Shown here one piece after another: positions 56,483 through 64,000 of a stretch of 64,000 nucleotides of DNA. The DNA is taken from IMG/VR virus record IMGVR_UViG_3300025770_000870, positions 177,919 to 241,918 of that record, one strand, 5' to 3'. Both the position numbers and the translations under genes were made by a program. The notes under the pieces are model-generated. The model was not told the origin of the DNA. It searched no databases and saw only the letters and a list, made by a program, of their open reading frames with translations. How positions within the stretch are numbered: position 1 is the first letter of the stretch; each line of letters starts with the position of its first letter.

Positions 56483-58021
56483 ATGTTAGTCGAAACTCAA
56501 TATTTAACACATAGTAAAAAATTAGTAGTAAGTTACGTTGATAAGACGGGCGATATAAAATTAAAATATTATAATTGGGATAATCCAATGAAATATGTTT
56601 CTTGTGAAGATACTGATAAGCAAAAGCATCCAAAGTTTAAATCTTGGGATGGTAAGAATGTTAAGCAAATAGAGGTTAATCACCCAGATAGATATGCTGT
56701 TTATGAATTCTTAGATGGTTTACCAGAGAGTGAGAGAGAAGAAATATTCGAATTTAATTTACCTAAAATATACTTTATTGATATTGAGACAGAAATTGTT
56801 GATGGCTTTCCAGAAGCTGCTGATATTTATAAGGAGGATGCTGATGGTAATAATATCCTTATAAAGGAGGGAGCTTGTACTAGAGTATTATCTATATCGA
56901 TAGTTTATGATGATAAAATCATTCTATTGGGATTAAAGGATATGCCGGAAGATATGCAGGAAAGAATAATAACAAATACCAATGAATATTTCAAAGATGT
57001 TGGTGGTGTAGAGTATAAATTTAAGTATGTCAAATATGAAGATGAGTTTGATATGTTATATGCTTTCTTTCATAAGATGGTTCCTAAGATGCCACTACTA
57101 ACTGGTTGGAATTTCCTTAAATATGATTGGTTGTATTTAGTTAACCGTTGTAAAAAGATATCAAAATGGGTAAATGGTAAAGAATATACCATAAATCCAA
57201 ATGTTTCATCTTTAACAAAAAGATTAAATAAGAAATGGGGTACTGAATATGAAGTTCCTGCTCATAGGATGATTTTTGATTATATGCAGTTGTATGAGAT
57301 ATGTGATACATCTATTAAAGTAAAGGAATCATCATCTTTAGATTTCGTTTCGAGTAAATTAGTTGGTGTTGAAAAGATTAAATACACTGGGTCGTTACAG
57401 AAGCTATATGAGGATGACTTTGAAACATTTATGTATTATAATGCTGTCGATTCTGTATTGGTACAAAAAATACATGATTCAAGAAATTATATCTCTATTA
57501 TTTATGCGATTTCTTCATTGTCTAAAATCAGAATAGTTGATGTTGTTTCTCAAATGAATAATGCTCTTGGTTCATTAGCTATTACAGAAGGCGTTTTGAG
57601 AAACAGATTTCGTGAAATGGATAACATAGTATTATTCAAAGAAGAAAAGGGTGATGCTGAATCCACAATCGCCGGCGGATGGGTTAAGGATCCTGTCGTG
57701 GGTATGAATGAGTGGGTTGTGTGTTACGATTTTGCTTCCTTGTATCCAACTACACAAAGGCAATTTTATATATCACCAGAGAACTTTGTGGGTATCCAAG
57801 ATAAAGAGGATAAGGCTAAGTGTGCTAATGGTAGACCGATTGAAGATAATATGGTCGTCTGTGTAAACGGTAGTGTTTTTGAAAAAAGATTATCACCTAC
57901 ACTTAGGATGTTGGAGGATGTTTATGGTGATAGAAAGAAGAATAAGAAAATAATGATGGTTAAGAAAGAAGAACGTAAAGATATTCTTGATCAAATAGCT
58001 GAATTAGAAGGAGAGATATAA
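56483..58021 (+). CDS. family-B DNA polymerase, N-terminal half (3'-5' exonuclease + motif A); split gp43A-like
   Basis: ExoI FIDIET, ExoII GWNFLKYD, ExoIII YNAVDS, motif A YDFASLYP; ends in the fingers with no KxxxNSxYG or YGDTDS. Confidence 0.9.
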   Translation: MLVETQYLTHSKKLVVSYVDKTGDIKLKYYNWDNPMKYVSCEDTDKQKHPKFKSWDGKNVKQIEVNHPDRYAVYEFLDGLPESEREEIFEFNLPKIYFIDIETEIVDGFPEAADIYKEDADGNNILIKEGACTRVLSISIVYDDKIILLGLKDMPEDMQERIITNTNEYFKDVGGVEYKFKYVKYEDEFDMLYAFFHKMVPKMPLLTGWNFLKYDWLYLVNRCKKISKWVNGKEYTINPNVSSLTKRLNKKWGTEYEVPAHRMIFDYMQLYEICDTSIKVKESSSLDFVSSKLVGVEKIKYTGSLQKLYEDDFETFMYYNAVDSVLVQKIHDSRNYISIIYAISSLSKIRIVDVVSQMNNALGSLAITEGVLRNRFREMDNIVLFKEEKGDAESTIAGGWVKDPVVGMNEWVVCYDFASLYPTTQRQFYISPENFVGIQDKEDKAKCANGRPIEDNMVVCVNGSVFEKRLSPTLRMLEDVYGDRKKNKKIMMVKKEERKDILDQIAELEGEI

Positions 58022-58025
58022 TTAA

Positions 58026-58664
58026 TTACTTGACCTTAATAGGTTCCCAATTTAAATTTGGAAGTCTTTCTTTTATAACCTTAGTTGCTTTTCTTAAAAA
58101 TTTTGAATTATCATCATAGAATATAACTTTATTAACACCAGTTTCTTTAACAAGTTCAACTATTTTGTGACCTTTCCACTCACCCGCATTTTTTATTCTG
58201 GTTGGTAACATATGTAATCCATATTTTGGATATTCAATTCCTAACTTTGATAAAACGGATATTAACTTTTCTTTTATTACTTCTGGTCTAGCTGTTACTA
58301 TACATTTATTATCCACCTTATTATATAGGTCAATTAGTGGTTTTAATTCTGTTGGTAAACTCTCATCTGTTTGTGAAAATATATTTGGAGTTACTAGATA
58401 TAATCTAGATTTTTTTCTAACCCAGTTTCCAAATTCTTTATATCTATATGTTGGGTCGTCAAGATATATGCGACCATTTTCCCATTTTAAATCTTCGATT
58501 TTACAACCTGATCTTCTAATAGAAATATCTAATAGGTCTTTGACTGAATAACTCTCCTTTAAGTATTTTAGAGCTAGTTCCTCAAAACTAGGAGTCTCTA
58601 CTAATGTATCATCAAAATCAAATACATATAAGGTATCATATTCTTCAAATCTGTTAATCCTCAT
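58026..58664 (-). CDS. second HAD-superfamily phosphatase with CTS-like N-terminus
   Basis: FDFDDTL, VTAR, FYDDN; starts MRINRFEEY. Confidence 0.8.
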   Translation of the reverse strand: MRINRFEEYDTLYVFDFDDTLVETPSFEELALKYLKESYSVKDLLDISIRRSGCKIEDLKWENGRIYLDDPTYRYKEFGNWVRKKSRLYLVTPNIFSQTDESLPTELKPLIDLYNKVDNKCIVTARPEVIKEKLISVLSKLGIEYPKYGLHMLPTRIKNAGEWKGHKIVELVKETGVNKVIFYDDNSKFLRKATKVIKERLPNLNWEPIKVK

Positions 58665-58833
58665 AAAGAACTTCGTTAATTATATCCGAAAGCATATCAC
58701 CAAACATAAATATACATTTATTATAAACGATTTTATCATCAGTCTCTCCTAGACCAATCAAATTTTCGATATATATTTCAATGTCTTCTTTTGTTGTGTA
58801 AGTTCCGAATTCGTCATAAAAGTGCGGTATCAT
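58654..58833 (-). CDS. 59-aa acidic hypothetical protein (not in ORF track)
   Basis: hand translation MIPHFYDEFGTYTTKEDIEIYIENLIGLGETDDKIVYNKCIFMFGDMLSDIINEVLYED*. Confidence 0.6.
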   Translation of the reverse strand: MIPHFYDEFGTYTTKEDIEIYIENLIGLGETDDKIVYNKCIFMFGDMLSDIINEVLYED

Positions 58834-58938
58834 AAAATATTTAGGTGTTTTCTTATATATTTATATTACTTCTTAAAAAAGTACATTTTACAACTAAAGT
58901 CTAAAAAAAGATATAATTTTTATAAAATAAATTATTCT

Positions 58939-60606
58939 ATGTCTCTAAAAAAAGATTTATCCAAATACAAACCTAGAAAAGAACAACAAGAAGCTTTAGA
59001 ATTTATTGATGGTCAATTCAATGCTGATCCTCTAAAGAAATTCTTTCTACTTAATTTACCAGTTGGGACCGGTAAAAGTCACTTAGCTTTGATGATATCA
59101 GAATGGTATCGAAAAAATGTTAACCGAACAGCTAGAGTTGATATTATAACTAACAGTAAAATATTACAAGATCAATATGCTGATACTTATAAATCAATAT
59201 CCGATTTAAAGGGTAAAGATAATTATGAGTGTGAGCAATACTCTTGTTCTTGTGCTCAAGGTGCTGAGTTTAATAAACTTAATAAGACTACTTGTGATTC
59301 TTGTCCATATTCAAATTCTAGAGAATCTTATATGGCTGGGGGTATTTCATTGACAAATTTCTATCTTTATATATTATACGCTATGTATAATCCTAAGATG
59401 ATGGAGAATAGAGGGGCTAGGGTATTGGTGGTCGATGAAGCTCATGATTTTGATGATGTTATGTCTGATTTTGTTTCTATTAGAATGACAGAGGGTATAA
59501 TTAAGAAATTTATGTTTAGTGACGAAAAGAATCTTATTAAGAAATTAAAAGCTGTTCGTAACATAGAACAGTATGTTTCATATCTTAGAATATTAAATAG
59601 TGAGATACTATCAACTGTTGAGAGTATGGAAAAGGGAATTGGTTCTAAGAGTAGAAATGTTCGAGAAGATAAGAGAGATCTTAAATTAAGTAAGTTATTT
59701 AAATCTAAAAATTCGGATGTTAAGGTAATGCAATTAGTTAATGATTTGAGACAGTATCAAGTCAAGATAGAACTTTTCTTAAAAGAGTTCAAGGAGAATC
59801 CAAATAACTGGGTGCTTGAATCTAGATATAATGAAAAGTTAAGGCAAAAAGAGTTATCATTAGAGCCTATTTGGGCTTATGACTACTTAGATAAGTATGT
59901 ATTTAGTAATTATGATATGGTTTTTCTTATGTCTGGTACTATTTTGGATAAGAATTTATTCTGTCAGTTGAATGGTTTAGATATTAAGAAAGCAGCTTAT
60001 TACTCAATTGAGTCTCCATTTCCATTAAAGAATAGACCACTATATTATATGCCTCTTGGTAAGATGTCATATAAGAGTAAAGAGGAAACATTCAAAAGAT
60101 ATATTCCATATATTAAGAAGTTATTGAGTAAGTATGAGGGTAAGAAAGGTATTATACACACCAATTCATTTGAATTAGCTAATTGGATACAGAAATCAAT
60201 AAAGGATCCAAGATTGGTTTACCATGATTCATCCAATAAAGATGAAGTTCTAAAGATGCATTTTGAGAGTGATGAACCAACAGTTATTGTTAGTCCAAGT
60301 ATGGGTACTGGTGTTTCGTTTGATGATGAAAGAGCTAGATTTCAAATAATCGCTAAGGTTCCTTATCCTAGTTTAGCTTCTCAGAAGAATAAATTGAGAC
60401 AAAGTAATAACCCGGATTGGTATGCTTGGAAGACGGTTTCTGGTATAATACAGATGAGTGGTAGAGCAGTTAGGTCAAATACTGACTACTGTGATACGAT
60501 TATAATCGATGGTTCTTTTGGTGATGTTATTAAACATAGTTCACACTTCTTACCACAATGGGTACAAAGTGCGGTCAAACGTATTAATATAAAAATAGAA
60601 GCCTAA
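58939..60606 (+). CDS. DinG/Rad3(XPD)-like SF2 helicase
   Basis: PRKEQ, PVGTGKS, VVDEAH, MSGT, GVSF, QMSGRAVRS; likely start MSLKKDL at 58939. Confidence 0.88.
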   Translation: MSLKKDLSKYKPRKEQQEALEFIDGQFNADPLKKFFLLNLPVGTGKSHLALMISEWYRKNVNRTARVDIITNSKILQDQYADTYKSISDLKGKDNYECEQYSCSCAQGAEFNKLNKTTCDSCPYSNSRESYMAGGISLTNFYLYILYAMYNPKMMENRGARVLVVDEAHDFDDVMSDFVSIRMTEGIIKKFMFSDEKNLIKKLKAVRNIEQYVSYLRILNSEILSTVESMEKGIGSKSRNVREDKRDLKLSKLFKSKNSDVKVMQLVNDLRQYQVKIELFLKEFKENPNNWVLESRYNEKLRQKELSLEPIWAYDYLDKYVFSNYDMVFLMSGTILDKNLFCQLNGLDIKKAAYYSIESPFPLKNRPLYYMPLGKMSYKSKEETFKRYIPYIKKLLSKYEGKKGIIHTNSFELANWIQKSIKDPRLVYHDSSNKDEVLKMHFESDEPTVIVSPSMGTGVSFDDERARFQIIAKVPYPSLASQKNKLRQSNNPDWYAWKTVSGIIQMSGRAVRSNTDYCDTIIIDGSFGDVIKHSSHFLPQWVQSAVKRINIKIEA

Positions 60607-60635
60607 AAAAAGAGACTCGATTGAGTCTCTTTTTT
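60605..60635. terminator. bidirectional intrinsic terminator
   Basis: AAAAAAAGAGACTC-gatt-GAGTCTCTTTTTT. Confidence 0.85.
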
Positions 60636-60653
60636 GTTTTATATATCTGTTAA

Positions 60654-60995
60654 TTATTTCTTTTCTATTGTTACTTCATAATAAGTACCATTTCTACCAC
60701 CTACACTAAGTACTGGAAATTTCTCTTTCATTTCTTTGAGAATTTCCTCATCAAAAGGCATATATACATAAAAAGCTTCTTTACCATCATTTTTCCATCC
60801 ATCTCCATTCCAAATGAATGCTGTTTTATCTGACCCAGGATCACTTACACCCTTGAACTTTTTACCTAAATCATGACCCTCATTACCTGAGTTGATATCT
60901 TTAACTTCTAAATCATTGTTTTGTAAGAAGGATTTAGCCATGTCAATTTCTTTAGATTCTACACTTTCGTTAAATTTTAACCAATTCTTAATCAT
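60654..60995 (-). CDS. hypothetical protein with CTS-like N-terminus
   Basis: MIKNWLKFNES. Confidence 0.7.
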   Translation of the reverse strand: MIKNWLKFNESVESKEIDMAKSFLQNNDLEVKDINSGNEGHDLGKKFKGVSDPGSDKTAFIWNGDGWKNDGKEAFYVYMPFDEEILKEMKEKFPVLSVGGRNGTYYEVTIEKK

Positions 60996-61468
60996 TATTT
61001 CTTTTTCTTTTTAGCTAAGATTGCTTTTTGTAATCCAGCTGGAAGTTTCTTTTGACCCGCAGTTAATCCTTTGGTATCTACTTTATCTTCCTTCTTATCT
61101 TCCTTCTTATCTTTAGTATCTTTCTTACCTTTAACATCTTTCTTATCATCCTTATCAACATCTTTACCTTCTTTTTTCTTACCTTTTTGTTTATCTAAGT
61201 AAGCTTTTAACCCAGCGTTCATGCCTTTTTTCTCAACTACTTGTGATTCTTCGTCACCCCAGAGTCTTATTTTTCTTTGGTTTTCTTTTTCTTCTAAATC
61301 TTCTTCTTCTTCATCTGATACGGAACCTAACTGTCCTTCAAAATCTTCAATACCTTCAACATCATCGATTAAATCTGTATTTTCTTCTTCCGGATTGATA
61401 TCATCTTCATTATTAAATCTACCAAGATCTCTAGGATCGTAGTTTTCAAATTTCTTTAGGTATTTCAT
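60995..61468 (-). CDS. bipolar acidic/Lys-rich protein with CTS-like N-terminus
   Basis: MKYLKKFENY; acidic first half, K/D-rich second half. Confidence 0.75.
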   Translation of the reverse strand: MKYLKKFENYDPRDLGRFNNEDDINPEEENTDLIDDVEGIEDFEGQLGSVSDEEEEDLEEKENQRKIRLWGDEESQVVEKKGMNAGLKAYLDKQKGKKKEGKDVDKDDKKDVKGKKDTKDKKEDKKEDKVDTKGLTAGQKKLPAGLQKAILAKKKKK

Positions 61469-61603
61469 ATATGTTAATATTTTTTATAACTTATATATTA
61501 AATTATATAATGTAATTTCTTGATTTATCTTCTTTTGTTAATGTTTTTAAAAAAAAACATTTTATTTCACCTTTTTTCTAGGTGGTTTTTAATATATATT
61601 AAT

Positions 61604-62416
61604 ATGAATAGTATAAAGAGATATGGTGAATATGTGAGTTTCGATGACATGGCCTTTGAGTTTGTTGACTCATTCCAAACGATGATAAAAGAGAATGATG
61701 AGTTGGATGATGATGGTGATTGGAAAACACATTGGAAAAAATTTAAAAACGATTTAAAATTACACGGTGGTCTTATCGGTACATTTGGTGCTGGTATCGG
61801 TGCTTTCATACCCGTTGTTCAATCAATGATGGGTAATATGAATATATCAACCGAGGTCACTCTTGAAATTTCTGTATTACTCACTATATGTTCATTGACT
61901 ATAATTTATTTAGAAGAAAAGAAATTTAAAAATTATGAGGAAGAAGCTTTATTAACAAAAGATTCTAAATCTATGTTAGAAGAATTGAAGATGAGAGGTA
62001 TTGGAAACGGCCTTGTTAAATTGGTTATCAAATCTTTTGAATCTGTGACTAATATATTTTCGGTTATTGGAAAACATTTAGGAGCTCTTGTTGGAGGTGT
62101 TATTGATATGTTTACTTATACAGCTTTAATGATTCCTGTTATGAATGGTATATTGTATTTAATTGGTAAGTATGAACTTACTCCTGAAACAGTTATTCAA
62201 AATCTTATAGGCCTTGCTGCTGGTATAGGTACATTAGTTGCTAAACATGGCATAAATTATATAATTAATAAGATTAAAGGAAAATTCAAAATAGAAAAAG
62301 GTGATGTCCTTGATGAACTCGACACACCAAAAATCCAAAAATTTAATCTTTATGGATCCGATATCGATGATATGTTTGATGATATTGAACCTATAAACGA
62401 TGAGAACTTAATTTAA
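61604..62416 (+). CDS. membrane protein with CTS-like N-terminus
   Basis: likely start MNSIKRYGEY at 61604 after AATATATA; several Gly-rich hydrophobic helices. Confidence 0.65.
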   Translation: MNSIKRYGEYVSFDDMAFEFVDSFQTMIKENDELDDDGDWKTHWKKFKNDLKLHGGLIGTFGAGIGAFIPVVQSMMGNMNISTEVTLEISVLLTICSLTIIYLEEKKFKNYEEEALLTKDSKSMLEELKMRGIGNGLVKLVIKSFESVTNIFSVIGKHLGALVGGVIDMFTYTALMIPVMNGILYLIGKYELTPETVIQNLIGLAAGIGTLVAKHGINYIINKIKGKFKIEKGDVLDELDTPKIQKFNLYGSDIDDMFDDIEPINDENLI

Positions 62417-62479
62417 GATACTGGATTATTATAAACTTAGTTAGTTCATTTAATATAATATTAAAATAAAAGATATTTA

Positions 62480-63814
62480 ATGACTACACCTCAATTAGAG
62501 AAAGTATATTTTAATTACGTTGTAAGCAACAAGAAGTTTTTCGAGATCGTAAAACCGTTCTTCTTTAGGAATTCAGAAATCCAATTTGTTTATGGGGTAA
62601 TTAGAAATTATATGTTAAGTGGTAAAGACCCTGACATTCCAAGCCCAAGACAAATATTAGATATGGTTTCTTTAGAAGATAAAGAAGGTAATATCACGAA
62701 AGATATTTTAAAATCAATACTAAAAGTAGATCTTAAAGAATATGATGAGAAGAATTTCATCGAACCTAATTTTAATGGTTGGGTACTTTCTAATAGGTTG
62801 AAAACTGGTACTGTTGATATAATAGATGAGACAAGAGGTCTTGATAATATATCTGATTTTGATAAAGCGATTGAAGCAGCAAATAGAATAAAATGTATAG
62901 TTGATGATATGTCAAGTTTAAATTTTATTCAAGATGATGATTTAGGATCCGATTTTGATGATGCTGAAAATCACATACAAGATTCTTCCAAATTTAAAGT
63001 TAAATGTGGATTTGAGACAATTGATCATATGCTTGGTGGTGGATGGGACATTCAAACACTAAATGTGATAATGGCTGAAACTAATGGTGGTAAATCACTA
63101 TGGATGCAAAATTTTGCTGTTCATTCCGCTAATATGGGTTCTAACGTCCTATATATAACTATGGAAATGAGTGAGCGAAAAGTTATGAAGAGACTTGGTG
63201 CTATGAGATTGAAGATTCCTATCAATGATTATGATAATGTATCAAAGGATACTGATTTAATTAAAAAGAAAATAGCGGCTTTGAGTCAAACTGAGGGGGT
63301 TGGTGATATTTTTGAAAAGAGTGTCGGTAAAATTTATACTAAATTTTGGGCTGCTGGTACCGCGAACATTTCAGACTTTGATAACTATATTCAAAGATTG
63401 AAAGAAAAGAAAGGTATTAAGATAGACATGATAGTTGTTGATTATATAACATTAATTGCTCCTATTAAAGGAATCGGATCTGATAACTTATACTCTAAAG
63501 GTAAACAATTAGCCGAGGGTCTGAGAGCACTGGGAGCTAAATATATGTGTCCTGTTATCACCGGTGTTCAAGTAGCTAAAGATGCTTGGGGATCATCTGA
63601 TATAACATTAGAGAGTGTTCCTGAGTCTAAGGCGATAGCCGAAACTGCTGATACATTCTTCGCTATTATCAGAACGGAAGAAATGAAAAGACAAAACCTT
63701 TATAGGTTTAAGTTATTAAAACAAAGAGATGGTGATTTCTTAAAATCACAGATAAGGTTGAATTTGAATTCGACATATTTGACTCTTGAAAATGATCAAT
63801 TTATCGATCAATAA
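62480..63814 (+). CDS. replicative DNA helicase (T4 gp41/DnaB-like)
   Basis: AETNGGKS Walker A, YITMEMSE, IVVDYI Walker B, TGVQ, ESKAIAETAD. Confidence 0.93.
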   Translation: MTTPQLEKVYFNYVVSNKKFFEIVKPFFFRNSEIQFVYGVIRNYMLSGKDPDIPSPRQILDMVSLEDKEGNITKDILKSILKVDLKEYDEKNFIEPNFNGWVLSNRLKTGTVDIIDETRGLDNISDFDKAIEAANRIKCIVDDMSSLNFIQDDDLGSDFDDAENHIQDSSKFKVKCGFETIDHMLGGGWDIQTLNVIMAETNGGKSLWMQNFAVHSANMGSNVLYITMEMSERKVMKRLGAMRLKIPINDYDNVSKDTDLIKKKIAALSQTEGVGDIFEKSVGKIYTKFWAAGTANISDFDNYIQRLKEKKGIKIDMIVVDYITLIAPIKGIGSDNLYSKGKQLAEGLRALGAKYMCPVITGVQVAKDAWGSSDITLESVPESKAIAETADTFFAIIRTEEMKRQNLYRFKLLKQRDGDFLKSQIRLNLNSTYLTLENDQFIDQ

Positions 63815-63829
63815 AAATGAAAAAAATCT

Positions 63830-64000
63830 ATGATTAAAAAGAAAGATGAAGAATTCGATGATGAGTTGAATGATGAAATAAATGATGATGATAAATTAGA
63901 CATCGTTGAAGAGTCGGGTGATGCTGAAGAGTCGGGTGATGCTGAAGAGTCGGGTGATGCTGAAGAGTCGGGTGATGCTGATAAGAAGAAAGAGGGAGAT
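63830..64000 (+). CDS. partial acidic protein (runs off the window end)
   Basis: MIKKKDEEFDDELNDEINDDDKLDIVEESGDA... open to position 64000. Confidence 0.6.
   Translation, partial: MIKKKDEEFDDELNDEINDDDKLDIVEESGDAEESGDAEESGDAEESGDADKKKEGD
63908..63979 (+). repeat. 4 x 18-bp perfect in-frame tandem repeat (EESGDA)
   Basis: GAAGAGTCGGGTGATGCT repeated four times. Confidence 0.95.

Noticed and set aside
1-64000. Stop-codon reassignment (common in some jumbo phages)
   Set aside because: Long conserved genes are intact in the standard code, and TAA, TGA and TAG all end genes at sensible positions

Overview
This is an AT-rich segment of a very large T4-like (Tevenvirinae-related, jumbo) phage genome in the standard genetic code. 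The host is probably Bacteroidota, inferred from the absence of Shine-Dalgarno sites and from A-rich leaders. Core genes are scattered on both strands: TerL, portal, prohead protease-scaffold, major capsid, gp2/gp4/gp15/gp25-like proteins, tape measure, a large baseplate/fibre protein, gp55-like late sigma, clamp loader, gp41 helicase, a DinG-like helicase, half of a split family-B DNA polymerase, ThyA and a Dam-like methylase. Host-type genes are interspersed: glutamine synthetase II, a miniature GluRS, RNase R, ClpS, NFACT-R, NADAR and two M28 peptidases. A tmRNA gene not covered by the ORF track lies at 26676-27052. Two short peptide motifs recur across unrelated proteins. (1) About 17 late-promoter genes share an N-terminal MK(Y/H)LKxF(E/N)E-like motif resembling the T4 capsid-targeting sequence. 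(2) Seven small ORFs share an R-[DE]-x-K-[IL]-N-x-[LI]-[LI]-like motif; most look like truncated or catalytically dead copies of essential phage proteins (three capsid fragments, a dead prohead protease, two P-loop remnants, a fibre-like fragment). That second family is the best candidate for an undescribed system, possibly decoys. All homology calls were made by eye from sequence motifs; no searches were run.
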